Source: Utricularia gibba
Taxonomy: Eukaryota; Plantae; Magnoliophyta
Direction: 5' to 3'
Length of the DNA stretch: 64,000 bases
Assembly (NCBI GenBank): GCA_002189035.1
Contig: NEEC01000015.1
Location: 558,001-622,000 of the forward strand
In this document: positions 47,826 through 64,000 of the stretch, piece after piece
Layout: the number at the start of each line of letters is the position of its first letter
Numbering within the stretch: position 1 is the stretch's first letter
Notes under the pieces: generated by a model
Databases searched by the model: none
Told to the model about the DNA's origin: nothing
The model's input: the letters and a program-made list of their open reading frames with translations, nothing else
Position numbers and translations under genes: made by a program

Positions 47826-50800
47826 TTAGTTGCCAATGCCACCCGTTGGTCTCCGTTTCCCTTCAAGAGAAGCTGGCTGCCTCGCCTGTTTCTTATACAG
47901 AGGAGTGTGGATACCATTGGAGATCCTTCTTGATGGAGGTTGAGGAATGAGGCTTCTGAAGAATAAGACGGTGATACCACCACATTGGCATAGTCAGAAC
48001 ACTTAACATTCATGTGCATTTTTTGTAAAATGTTACCTCAACTCTGCTGGGATCTTTGAATGCTTGGTGCCGCCGCCGGGGCGCCTGGGATTTGCTCGCA
48101 ATGGCAAGGAGTTAGGGGATCTTGTAAGGGTGAGTTGCCATTGAAAATCAAGCTCTGAAGAATCACTTGTTTCAGCTCCCAGGTCATCGGACTCTGGAGT
48201 AGCGACTACTACTTCCTCTTGTTGACTCTTATCTGAACCCCCCTTGTCTAAACTGTGCCTTCTCTGAGATGAAACATGGGTTTGTTGATCTTGGTTGGTA
48301 TGGCCATGGTACATCTCCATTAGTTCGTCTCCACCGTTTGGTTTCAGATCCTGCTGCTTATTCGCCACCAAATCCTCCTTGTAAATCCAATAGCTAGAGA
48401 TGCGTCTTTCTTCTTCCACTAGGCGAGGACTGCCAAGTTGAGGAGAATTTGTAGTGCTATGGCTTTGCTTTTTGATGATGATGAACAGCTGCTCCAGGCC
48501 TAGAAGAGCATTTTGTACAATTAGAGTTCATAAATGGTAAAGCCTCCGTCTGATTAGTTTGGATACCTCCATCTGAGTGATGTTTCCTACACTCCGTGAT
48601 GGAGAATGTGATGCAGAAGATCCAAAAGATTTACTTTATCCAGGCTCAATGGCGTCATCTGTAGAGCACTTAACTCTGTTCTCTCTTTCTGCAATAAGGC
48701 TGCTTTCAGCGTGGCCACCTGCATAACAAATTGCCAAGGTGAGACCCGAAGAATATAATATGAAGCATCATCCGTTGAGACAAATAAAACCTGATCCTTG
48801 AGCTCTTTGACGTCAATATCTTTATTTGCTCGAGCTGCACCAAGCTCAACAGTTGAGACACGTTCAGCAAATTTAAGTGTGCTGAGTGTTTCCGCCAGAG
48901 CATCTGGTTCAGAACTGATGTGAACAAACATGAGAGTCTTTGCTTGGCCTCCTACAGAATATATCATAATCTTAGAAAACAGAAGCAGATTAGCATCTAT
49001 ATGGACTCTCCTGCTGTCTTACCCAGTGAATCTTGAAGGAGTTGTGTGAGTTTACTGTTCCTATAAGGAACGTGTGAATTCTTTTGGGCTAAAGAGGCAA
49101 TGACATCTCCCAGGGCGGAAAGAGATCTATTTATATGTTGTGCTTCCTTCAATCGCTCACCAACCGCCTCAGATTTATCAGCTCTCTCACTTCCTGCAAG
49201 GTCAACGAGATGCATACAACCTCGAAGTATGGAGCCAGACGTCAAATCCTTTCCTTGAACATGAACAGTCAGACAACTGCACGATGCACAGGAAAATCAT
49301 TCAGTGTATTATCTGAAAACACGTGGATTTGGCCTTCAATGCCAAACGGCATCATGGGTCCTAATGAAACCCAAAACCATAATGCTTCTGATCTTAAGAA
49401 GTTCCTGGTTACAATGGTAGATGATGGTATGAGAAAAAAAAAAATACCTGTGCGATCTACTGCTGCGATCATTCATTGCTGTCGAGCCAAAGGCGCGATT
49501 CTTGTTGCCAAGGTTCATCAAATCAATGACCTCTGACGTTGATGTCACAGGTATGATGTTTGCATCTGGGACATTGACGCCATTGATGGAGCTGTTACGT
49601 ATATCTAATGTATCTATTAGTTAGGAAAAACTAAACGCATATTTTTAAGGATCAGAATGAGGAAGCAATGACAAGGGTGTTCAAAAGGATATCTTTTATT
49701 GCGGCCATCTGTGACGAGGAGGTCTCTAACTTGCTCATTATATATTTCAATCATCTGGACAGCGATATGATATGCAGTGGTTTCTTTTCTCTGTTCTGAC
49801 AGAAGAAACAAATCCCTGAGCGCCCTGTAATTTACACCCACAGTTTCCTCGGTGAGTTGACTTGGTCCTGTCTGCACAATGGAATGTACAACATCAGAAG
49901 TAAGAAAGAAAACGAAAATCAAAGCTCTTGATCCAGTTATTTGAGTCCCTATCAAAGCTACAAAGTTCTGACCATTGTGTATGTTTTCCCTGATCCAGTT
50001 TGACCATACGCGAAGATGCAGACATTATAACCATCAAGGACTGAACGGATAAGTGGCTGCATATCAGCAAACACTTCTTCTGCAAGTAGTGAGCAAAAGA
50101 CATTTTTTTTTTTTCATTTTCAAGTGGTAATATTGAAACATGGTAGATGATATTGAGAGCACCACATAAACCTTGGCTGGATGATGGGCTAAAAACTTTG
50201 TTAAAAGTGAATGACTTCATCCCTTTCCCATATTTTGAAGAAGCCAGCACTGAAAGCGTCTGCTCATCAACAACTTCCACATTACTCAAAGCAGTAAACT
50301 CCCCAGACAAGCATGGCCGTATTCTGCAATAGACTCTTATATTTCCTGAGATATATGAGCATACAAACTGCTTCGTTACAACCTCTTCAGTAACTAAGCA
50401 TCTAAAAGCCTAAATTAAGCTTTTCGATCTTCTTTACCCTTTAGGTCTTGCACTTGATTGTATAGCTTCCGGTTTTCCTCAAGTACTGTTTGATATTGAG
50501 ATGCAGAATGTGCGAGGCCATTTAAATGTTTGCCTATTGACAAGATCTTGATCTCAGTTTCTTCAAAATAATTATAAAATATTATTCATATGGCTAGGTA
50601 CCAAGGCATGTAACTCCTTGCTGATACTCAGTGAGCAGCATTTGCACTTCACCTTTTGTGGAGTGAAGTGCGCTCCTGAGCTCCTACATCACAAAATAAT
50701 GCAACTATATACTTTTTATACTACGGATAGAATAAGTTATATAGGTCAATATGCTTACTTGAATAACCTGCACGCTTTTTCCATAGCGTTCCACGAAGTC

Positions 50801-52421
50801 CAGATACTTAGAACGATTCTCTGAATTGCAGACATGAAATCGATCGTTGGACCATTGTCCATCCCTCACTGTGTCCAAGTCCTCATGGTTCTAGATGAGT
50901 AAAAGACAACTCAATGTCATATAATTGAAATCATCAACACCACAATGCCGTTCTCAACAAACCTCTGTCTCAATATGCGTCTCATGTTCTTTCGCCCCAC
51001 TGCCATCTACGTGCACCTTTTGGATCAGGGGATATTTTAGATAAACTCATATAAATGTCACCATTTCTTCTGGCAAACATAAACGGTAAAGGAATTGGGG
51101 CTCTATTATCACCTTCGCATTTTGGCTTGCCAACCTGTGTTCAAATTCTTGCATAACTTTACCAAGTATATTACCAACAATCTGCAGAAAGATAGTCTCC
51201 AAGCAAGAGATTTTTATGACCAATTATAAAAATGACAAAAACCTCGAGTGACTCCTCCAAAAAACGAGACTAAATACACTCACCAAGGAAACATCTTCGG
51301 TTTTCTTATCCCGAAAAAGGTCACGAACAAAGATATGCAACGGATGTGTATTTTCCTGTGATCAGAGGCAACGCATATTTTTAGTTGAATATTATTTGAT
51401 GAGACAGAGAAGCATACAGACCAAAAGTAGGAATACCACAAACCATTTCATTAACTTGCTGATCTGTTAGAAAATCAGCACCCTTCTCTGAAGCAGGAGA
51501 TGAGCTTTTCGACAACGAATTGACAAACAAATCTGAATTTCTTCTAAAAAATTGCTTCCCTGATGTTGGCGTTTTCAGATTTCCGCTGAACTTCCAAGAA
51601 CCTTTAGCACCGCCTTCCTTCCAATCATTGTATGATTTCAGGGCCAAGACACAGTTGACAACTCGTGAAGACTTGCCACCCTAAATCAAGTAGTTCATTT
51701 TCAAAACCCATAAATTTAAATGCTTTACAAACTCTGTATTTAAGCTGCAGACCTGCTCCAAATCGGATACTTCGAAAGCAGGGATTCCCATTTCCCCTAC
51801 AGAGTCAAGGAAGTTCCTAATATTCTCGAAGTACTGGTATGCAGAAAGAGCAGCGCCGTCAGGAATGATATTAGCATCTGCAGGTGCCTCAACCACCTGT
51901 AAACAACCAAAAATCAACAAGAAGATAACCCTGCAACAAAAATGAAGAACAGAATAACAAGAGGCTTACTTTTGGGATGGCACCAGGGTGAACCTTGTTC
52001 AGAGCATTGCACAGTATAATCCCACTTCGCAAACCAAGTCTAAATTCATCTTCCGAAGGCTGAGCGGGCAACTCCCTTCCAGCCACTACACCGACCATAT
52101 TCCTCAACCATGCCGCAGCCTCGAATCGCCTCAATGCTGCGAGTGACGCTCACGATAATCAATCCAAAATCCGGCGGTAAACACACGAAATAGAAATGCA
52201 ATTCACAATCGAAATTCCACAAGACGATAAGGATGATCTATAATGATCAAGACAGATGAATACAAAAAAAAAAAAAAAACTAAGGAATCATTCATCGCGA
52301 TCATACAAGATTCCTCGGCCTTTCTTGACGCTAAATCAACGTCGTTCAGCCTGTTTCCATGGTATTGAACAACATTTTCGATCAGCGCAGCGACGTCTAG
52401 TTCTAAAGCCCCCTCCGCCAT
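47826..52421 (-). CDS. Kinesin-14 with N-terminal calponin-homology domain (KCH, KIN14G/I-like); two probable 1-nt assembly deficits in the tail
   Basis: CH domain [37 protein letters not shown]-loop [55 protein letters not shown] at 47826-47828. Confidence 0.93.
49610..49692 (-). other. U12-type (minor spliceosome) AT-AC intron, 83 nt
   Basis: Minus strand: AAAAG|ATATCCTTTT donor, TTCCTAAC branch site (49620-49627), GATAC|A acceptor. Removal restores NKR-LDIRN in frame. Confidence 0.9.
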
Positions 52422-54392
52422 CGATCGATCAACTAGAACATAAAAATGCCCCTGAATTCGAGTTGCATGCGTTTCTTCCCACGCAAGTTTCCAGAATCCG
52501 TTGCAGTTCTCAAATTTCCTTTCGAGGGGAGGGAGCAGAGAAGGAAAATGGTGGGGCGGAAACCAAAAACCGCCCCGAAAGACGACAAGAAGACAGAGAA
52601 AGAACTACGATAGAATGACATTATGATCTTCTTCGTCCCTTGCCCTTCAATGCCTTCCGTTAGCTTTTTGTTTCCCCTTTTCCCCCCTTTTTTAATTCTT
52701 TCTATATCTTTTTTTATTATTATTTTGGTTTCTTTTTCCGCTCGTAAAATATATATGGATATTATATTTTAATTATAAAAACACAAAAATCAGAATGAAT
52801 AATAAATTAAAAAGTAGGACACTTTGAATTGGGCAACCATCCGATCTCCACCATTAAATCATCCCTTCGCCCACTAATCAAATCTCACGTGATCTTTTCA
52901 GTTTTGTGCCAAGTGAATTTAGTTAATGATGAATAATTAGTTGTGAAGCAATCATGATTAATTTGACCAATTAGAATTGGTAACAAATGAAATTTTCCTC
53001 GATGTGGTTGAGAGATTGATTTCTATATTCAAATTAGCGGGTTATTTATAAATAGAATCATCCTCATTTTATTTCTTGTACTATAAAAAATTAATATTAA
53101 AATTTGGAGGTGCAGTGTATTAGAACAAACAATTTTACTTTAAGATTTGAAAATGAAATAAATTAATATATTAAAAATTATAAATTCTTATTAATTGATT
53201 AAATTTAATATTTTTAATACGATTCATATTTTTTTTATATATATAAACTTTACGCGTGCTTGTTTAATACATTGAATTTTTAATTTTAACATAACGGTGT
53301 TTTTTAAGATTGATTTATAATCTAGTTATCATCAATTTAAAATGCAGGAGAAGACATTTTGAAGATGAACTTTCGAATGCACTACAAACCATGGGAAGGT
53401 ATTGGATCGAATAAAGCCCTTGTTGGTCATATTGTCTAGTGGAGTTTGGATTTTTCCGTCTGTTTGTGGATGAAATATCATAAGATGATCGTATGTTTAA
53501 ATGATGTCACATAAACTCGAGTACATGTTCGGAGTGACGAACGTGATTGACATTATCCATCTTATTCGAGCTATTTTTATTTGTAGAATGTTCCGTCTTT
53601 CGGTGTCTTTTAATAGAGCTCCATACAGACAAGAGTGCCCAGCGAATAAAGAAAAGTGACAAAAAATAGTATTTTATTTCACTATTATAATATGTATTTT
53701 TACATAAAGACAAGAGCGCTGTCCTTTCTACTTGTCCTCGAGTCTCAATACCCTTAAGTCGCTTCATTGGTCTTCCTTCCAATGCATAGAGGGATCATAT
53801 GCTAATCCTCGTACGGATCACCCAAGAGACAACACAATCTCCATCTCAAGTTCACAAAAGATCATTGTAAGTAGAGACGTCACGATAAGACTTTAGGAAG
53901 GGGAAACAATGCTTAGTACATGAACAGTTCAATTATGGGATGGGCATGAAGTTGTTAGAGAAGGCATGTGGGATGGTTTCCATTGTGTAATGGGGGGATG
54001 ATATGTCTGTTCAAAGAGGAACCTGCATCTCTGTATTGCACCACCACTTTTAGAACCCACTAATCAGAGGGGACTGTGCTGTTATGACAACTACCGCTTC
54101 CTGTAGGGATACAGCTCGCGGAGAAAGCTTGCGTATCATTACAACTCTTGTCTGGACATGGCTGATGCCTTACTCAGTGTCTCCTTGTTTCTTCTGTTTG
54201 AGTAGAGAGAGTGAGAAATAAAACAAACTAGGGATGGGTAGCTCGGGTAGGAAATCAAATCAATGCAAAAAAAAAAAAAAGTGTTGATTTTAAAGTGAAA
54301 AACAGGTCGTTACCTGCATGGTGTTCTCATGAGGATTCCATCCATGGATCTATGATTCTAGAGTAGCACTTACTTCTGACATGAGACAGATC

Positions 54393-57486
<3,094 letters not shown>

Positions 57487-58341
57487 CCCGTTCCTCCGAT
57501 GCCGCAAATGATTTCCCGCGCACCTTTCACGCACCAGTGCCGTTTTCTATTTACTAGCGGCTAGCTTCATGAAATGTCTATTACACCCCTACTAAAAATC
57601 TGCAATCCAAAATCTGATTTTTTTAATATTTTTTGAAGCTTACTAAATAAACCACCATCATAATGAAGATAATTGACATCATTCGAGGCTGGATTGCCCA
57701 TTTTGCAATTTCTCCAATGTGATAAATGATTTTTTTTTAACTCAAAATCCTTATTTTTTATAATTAGTTTGAATTACTTTTATTTCATTACTTTCTATCA
57801 TCATATATTCATTTTACACATTTTATATAAAGTGTATTGGATTTTTTAGAATGTTTTTAATGTATACATAACATATATTAACATTTATGACTGATGATTT
57901 ATTTATTTCACATTATGTGATTAATGGCAGATGCTAAACTACATGCATTTACGTAGAGTAGAGATGTAAACAAATTAAGCCAGCTCGCAAACGGTAAGCC
58001 ATGAGTATTATGTACTATGTCAAAATTTATATTGGTTTTTTTTTTATGCTTAAATGATGAGACCTGATAGCAAGAGTTCGTGATAGACTAACGGTCCATA
58101 ATATAATAATTTTGATTCAAGAGTCGCTAGAACAGAAATATGTAATTGTTGAAGGTGCGAAGTGAGATTAAGAAAAGATCAGCCACTTGCATTTCGACGC
58201 TGTTTCCCGCGACAATAAATATGGACTTCAGAGTTCAAACTTTTTTCGCCTACTGTGCAGGTGTTGCGCATGCTATCCGAGCCACTTCTGCACATAGATT
58301 CTGGATTTTATTTTGGAGGTTACTTTCTAGAGAATATATCC

Positions 58342-60270
58342 ATGGGGAAGCGATTGAGGAAGGCGAGATCGATATGCAGCTGCGCTTCTCCACGATCGCT
58401 GCATCTCACTCCGCACGTCATCTTCAACTGGTATGAGTATTTACGTGTAGCTTGTTCATCGAACTACCTCCGATGTGCGAAATGTCGAATCCGATGACGC
58501 GTAATTGCATTCTGGAATGTCTGTGGTTCCTTGGTTGAGAGCAGTAGTTAATTGTTTGGTAGAAGTTTTTCTGTGCAGTGTTTGTATATTCATAATTCTT
58601 CTATTCATGGAGTGAGGAATTGAGAAGAGAAATCTGATTTTGAATTCTCTGATTTTCCTTTTTTTTATCACACTTGCTTGAATTCCTCTGATTTGTGGAT
58701 TTTAATGAAATCTCGAATACGAGAGTGAATGAATGCTTGGATTCTGGAGTAATCGCGATGTATTGGGTTAGGGAAGCACAAAATCACGTTGGAAACCTGA
58801 TTTGGTTCGAAAAGTTCTTAGGTCTAAATTTTGGGATATGTTCTTTTAAATAATTCGATTTGCTTTTACAGTGTACTGAGGTTCAACCAATCACGCTGCT
58901 TACATTGCCGATATCCATATTGATTTCATTCCAGTTTTTACATTGATTTCATTATGCAAACTTTTTAACCCCCTGCTCTGCTACCAAATACATGAGTAGG
59001 TATGAAGAAGATGTGTGGACTGAGATTGCCAAATGTTTGGATGGTAAATCACTGATGATGCTAGCAGCAACCTGCAAATGGTTTCATCGTGTTATGATGG
59101 AGGACAGTGTGTGGAAATATGCATGTCTGCGTGATCTCCAGGTTTCTGATGCTGAAGAAGTTGCATTCAAGTGGGTCGATCTTTATGCTGCCGCTTTTGG
59201 TATTCAGCAGCTTGGTTCTTTTCCCATTTCATAATTTTTACAACTAGAATTGACGTAACATTTTCATCAATGTAGATGGGAGTCACACTTACATGTTCCG
59301 GCAGCAGGAGAAACACATCGGTAATCTATACTCTGTTTTCAAATCCTTTTTCCAATCCCTCTGAACCTCATTGCTCTTCCCCGAAATGTCATATACAGAT
59401 TGGATGAGGATCGGTGCATTCTCTATTGATTCACGTGCTGCTCTACTGTCTGAGAGTCTGGTAGCACCCTTAAGAATCCCGAAAGAGGAAACAGAACAAC
59501 CACTGCTATCAAACGGCTGCTTTCTGGTGAAAAACGTCAAAAACGGAATTTGGATAGCTGGTAAGATGAATCAAGAGATTGAATATTGTTCATGACTAAC
59601 ATCAGTCCTTCCTCCTAAACCTCCACTGTGATTACTTCCCAGACTTGCAGCTCGTTCGATGTCCTGTCTGCGACCTCGATTCATGCGATGGTCTGTCCAA
59701 TCCCCTCATCTCTAAGCAGCTACTTCCCTTCTATGAAGTACTAACTTCTCTTGACACATAGGAACAATGCAATCCTTGGACGCCAGGCATATTGAGCTCT
59801 TCCTGCACAGAGACTTCCATGATAGAACCTGGGAATATGAGACACTAGGATCTCATGATATAAAAAAGCGGGCAGATGGAGCTTCCGGAGGAATTTTCGA
59901 CATCCATCATCTCAACGACGAATCAACTTCCAGTACGATGCTTCTTCCCTACGACTAGATCTCATCTTGAGCCACATGTTGATGCATTTTGGATCGTCTT
60001 TTTTTCAGACATCTTCGACTTAAAGTCATGGGTCGGGAAAAGCAACGACTGGCAACCAAAAGCCATGATAACTTCCCATGCTGTCGCCATAAATACCTTT
60101 TTGCAAGAGAATGAAGGTCAGCATTCCCTCCTTAACCCTCTCTGTTTCACAGATCTCTAATATGTGAGTTCTCCGTTACGGGAACAGGTATCCAGATTAA
60201 ATTTCATATTATGAAGGCTGGAAAAGATGGCGAAGTCGTAGCCCTTCGAATATCCCAGCAGCTCCTATAA
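58342..60270 (+). CDS. RMF: F-box protein of the RMF/At3g61730-At5g36000 family, 8 exons
   Basis: W|YEEDVWTEIAKCLDGKSL, WKYACLRDLQV, DGSHTYMFRQQEKHI-DWMRIGAF, LQLVRCPVCDL, C-terminal RISQQLL*. Confidence 0.85.
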
Positions 60271-61220
60271 ACCATAGTCGATATTCTTAATTTTTTACAC
60301 ACGTCATAAATGACTAAAATAACCCTCAGTCGAATCAATGACGACGTTTACTGAAACCGTGTCATCAAGTTCAACAAAATAATTAGGTGTTACGGCTGGC
60401 ACGCTACTCGGGGAAAAATTGCACTGCACGAGGATTGCCAGTTGGATCATACGCAAGAGTGTGTTTTCTTGATGAAATACTCTGCGTTGGAATGTTGAGT
60501 ATGGTTTTCCTGAATAGTTATTATTATGGAATCGAATCGAAGTAACCCAGCTGGTTTAATGACGGAAGTATGGTCCGGAAGAAAAAGAAGCGAAAGTGAA
60601 GCTACGTAGGGTCGATATGGAAGGATCTTAGCTGATCGCCCAATGGTTTCCCGCCGGTTGATTACTTGGTGGTTTGTACGGAAGGAATCGATTGCAATTG
60701 CTATTTCCCGGTGGGCGAACTTGAAAGCAGGGTGCTTTGTGCATTTGCCTTGAGGTCCATGAAATGCATGTGGTGTCTGGTTTAGTTTTCTGGATTCTTG
60801 GTTTACAGGAACTTCAGATGAGATTCAATGAAATAGGGCGGCAGCCTTTATTTCCTGTAATTGGATGTGGATCGATGAAAGTTTTCAAATCGTTCGTTGG
60901 TTTTGGAATAAGATCCCATCCATGTGGAAGATTGCGAAGATATTACAGTGCCAAGGAGTGGAGCATCAGTAAGTGAATAGATAGGGTATTTTCCTGTCAC
61001 CATTGAAATCGTGGATTCCGTGTCACTCTGAGCCCATGTGCCTGTCAACGGACAGTCTGAGATGCCTGATCAGAGCTGCAGGGTCTAATACTATGGGTGA
61101 GCGCAGTGCACTTTGATTAACCGTAACCATCCTTGTCGACACTGGCCGAGTATTTTGTGCGGAATGCAGTTCAGGGATGTCTGTACCACCTAACGAGCAG
61201 CGGATTCTGATACAGTTAGG

Positions 61221-62054
61221 ATGTATAACAACCGTTATGAGCAACTTGGGCAGGGACAGGGACCATTAGAATTTGTAGAAAATGGTGTCCAGCCTCGTTT
61301 ATGTGGCTCTTGTACTTCATCGGGCAGTTACATTAGCGCGAAGTCTGGTGGAACCTGGAGCAACAATAGCAGTAGTTTGGGGTCAACGAAAAGCTCTAAT
61401 GAGCGGATCTCAGTTGCATCATCAGTGACCAAAACTGCAATGGAAAGTCAATACTGCAGAAGTACTGGTCGGAGACTACACTACGATGGAACAAGGTATT
61501 GCATCTCTGTTCACCTTGACTGCCATAAGGATTAGTGTGGCTGGGACATTGTTTGTCGTCACTCTCTGCATCCTGTTCTTCGATATCGTTTATTTTTAAG
61601 CAAGTTACTAACACTGAATTGGCCTCATTCATGATGTTGGGTACCCGATCATTTTAAATCTCTCTAGAATCAGTTGCCTCTGGAAATCCCACCTGCCTAG
61701 CGAATATTGTCAGCATCTAGCAGGTTTGACTGAGGGAGGAACCACAGAAATATTTCTCAAAGCATCTGTGGTTCTTGGTTTTTACTGAATGTACGCCTAC
61801 CCTCTTCGCTGTCTGTGGGTGTCGACTAAGAGAGGCAGGCTCTTGTTCTCGGTGTCACGGACTTCATGCGACAGCCAGTGTACATAGGACAAGGAGTTGG
61901 TGAAGGCCTCTGGAATCCATACAGGAGAAGATTCTGGAAAGCCATGAATATGTGCTTTCTGGCGGTTCCAGTTCAATGGCCACTCGCAACTTCCAGCAAC
62001 TTGCAGCAGATAGCAACACAAGATGAGGTATCGTTGAGTTATATGATTTTATAA
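61221..62054 (+). other. Possible orphan spliced ORF (about 184 aa) or pseudogene
   Basis: Exons 61221-61495, 61668-61723 and 61831-62054 join in frame. The upstream region has many ATGs and stops. No family recognised. Confidence 0.22.
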
Positions 62055-62740
62055 AGGAAATATAAAATTAGTGGGTATTTTATCATGTGATATATTGAGT
62101 GGCCTTAGAAAGCAGCTTTCTTGGATAACTGAGGATTGAATGGCTCAAAATGAATAAAAGCCTGGGTCCAGAATGAGAATAGGTGAAACTTGAAGTCCAA
62201 AAAGGAAAAAAAATAATAATAAAAGCCAGGAGCACGAGTTTTGAGACTTTGACCTAAATACCCATCTTCTACGGCCTCCCAGGCTGCCCTCCTCCGTTTT
62301 CCCCATTCTCTCCTTCTACTCATTTGTCTTTTGCGCGCCACATTCAAATTCTTGTTAATTGTCATACACCTGGTCCATGCTCCGCGTTTGAATTGTTTTG
62401 ATTTTCGCAGGGAATCTTTTGTAACTTGCTGATGTGAATACGAGTTGCGGGGTTTTGTGTACAGGGTAATATGAATATCTTGTTATTTTTAACATTTTCA
62501 GTGTCGAGGATCATTTATTTTTTATTGTTGTGTTCTGGGTTTCGTTTAAAAGAATGTTTCACAGCATGTTGCTTCTTAATTTTTCAAAAAGGTGGCTTTT
62601 TGGTGTTGGGTGTGACGGTTGTAGTGTCACTTCAGCGTAAATCAAGTTAAACTGTGCTTCGGGTATTTGGTTTTGGAGATTCTGTGTTGGAAACTTTGTC
62701 TGAAGTTCTTCTCTGATGGCTTGTCTCAGGGTTAAAAAAA

Positions 62741-64000
62741 ATGGATGACCATGATTTGCTGCTTGGACAAGATTGTACCGGAGCTGTTGTTCAGAGCCAG
62801 CCTGCTCCGTTAAGCAGAAACTGTAGCATGATGCTGGTTCAGCACCATGAGTTGGAACAGGACTGGGAATCGAGATTGGGCCATGAGCATGAGTTGGCCA
62901 TGGAAGAGAAACCCGATCATGAACTTCAAGAACATGGAATTAACAGTGAGTTGGATATGTCTGATCACAATGGTCTTCCTGTCTGTGACATACAAGAGCT
63001 TGATGAGAACATGGAATTATCAGTTATGCCACATGATGAGATGGCCATGGAGTCTCTGCGTGAAATGAGTCCTCACCAGTCTCTAGTGGTTACCCCTTAT
63101 CATGTTCTTCAGCAGAGAACCCTTGCCGTGAGCCCCAACTTTGATCTCCATGTTGGTCAAGAATTCTCTGATGTTAAAGCTTGTCGCCGGGCCTTGAGGG
63201 ATACAGCCATTGCCCTGCGATTTGAAATGCAGACTGTAAAATCTGACAAGACTCGGTTTACTGCAAAATGTGCCACTGAGGGATGCCCCTGGCGCATTCA
63301 TGCAGCAAAACTTCCTGGTGTACCCACTTTCACCATTCGGACCATCAATGGTGATCATACATGTGGAGGAATCGCTCATCTTGGACACCAGCAGGCTTCA
63401 GTTCAGTGGGTTGCTACTTCTGTGGAGCAGCGACTGCGAGAGAATCCCAACTACAAACCAAAAGAGATATTGGAAGAAATTCATAGGATCCATGGGATCA
63501 CATTATCTTACAAGCAAGCATGGCGAGGAAAGGAAAGGATCATGGCCGCTATGCGTGGATCTTTTGAAGAAGACTATCGCCTCCTCCCTCAATACTGTGA
63601 GCAAATAAAGAAAACAAATCCAGGAAGTATTGCATCTGTGTATGGAAATCCTGCCGACCAGTCCTTTCAGCGTCTCTTTATTTCATACCAGGCTTCAATA
63701 TATGGTTTCCTAAATGCCTGCCGCCCCCTTATCGGTCTCGACAGAGCATTGCTGAAAAGCAAGTATTTAGGCACATTGCTTCTGGCCACTGGCTTTGATG
63801 GGGATGGTGGACTCTTTCCTTTAGCCTTTGGGGTTGTTGATGAGGAAACCGACGAAAACTGGATGTGGTTTCTTTCAGAGCTGCATAACCTTCTTGAGGT
63901 CAACACTGGGAACATGCCAAGGCTTACGATATTATCTGACAGACAAAAGGCATAGTAGAGAGCGTGGAAGCCAATTTCCCCACTGCTTTCCACGGCTTCT
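62741..64000 (+). CDS. MUG: MUSTANG-A-type domesticated Mutator (MULE) transposase; 5' part only, with a 1-nt deficit at about 63949
   Basis: MuDR domain VGQEFSDVKACRRAL..KSDKTRFTAKCATEGCPWRIHA, MULE domain LDRALLKSKYLGTLL..FPLAFGVVDEE..WMWFL..ILSDRQK. GIVESVEANFPTAFHGF continues in another frame. No TIRs or TSD seen. Confidence 0.88.

Noticed and set aside
53900-54392. Donor-like sites and exon-like sequence downstream of the RECQ1 stop
   Set aside because: No consistent intron or ORF model could be built; probably 3'UTR.

Overview
Plant (angiosperm, probably eudicot) nuclear DNA. It is very gene-dense: 18 recognisable protein-coding genes in 64 kb, with mostly 60-150 nt introns and no intact transposon. 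In order they are: cytosolic glutamine synthetase (+), prolyl aminopeptidase (+), a diverged HAWAIIAN SKIRT-type F-box/kelch (+), a group-G bZIP of the GBF3/CPRF1 type (+), exosome RRP41 (-), a CMP-sialic-acid-transporter-like nucleotide-sugar transporter (-), a diverged galactinol synthase (+), GCN2 kinase (+), adenylate kinase (+), proteasome RPN7 (-), WOX1/STF homeobox (+), peptidyl-tRNA hydrolase 2 (+), a small Cys/His-rich protein (+), mitochondrial SSB (+), a CH-domain kinesin-14 (-), RecQ-like 1 helicase (-), an RMF-type F-box (+) and a MUSTANG domesticated MULE transposase (+, runs off the window). I traced exon boundaries by eye. Four single-base deficits, all in homopolymers, break otherwise intact genes (GCN2, kinesin twice, MUSTANG); these are most likely long-read consensus errors. 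The most notable items are: the altered GolS; an AT-AC U12 intron in the kinesin; a dense G-box array upstream of the G-box-binding factor; an ATF4-like uORF pair before GCN2; an snRNA-type USE element pointing into a 44-bp tandem repeat; a six-tract G-quadruplex motif upstream of WOX1; and three spliced-looking loci with no family I recognise. I did not find a clear new multi-gene biological system. No rRNA, tRNA or CRISPR array was seen.
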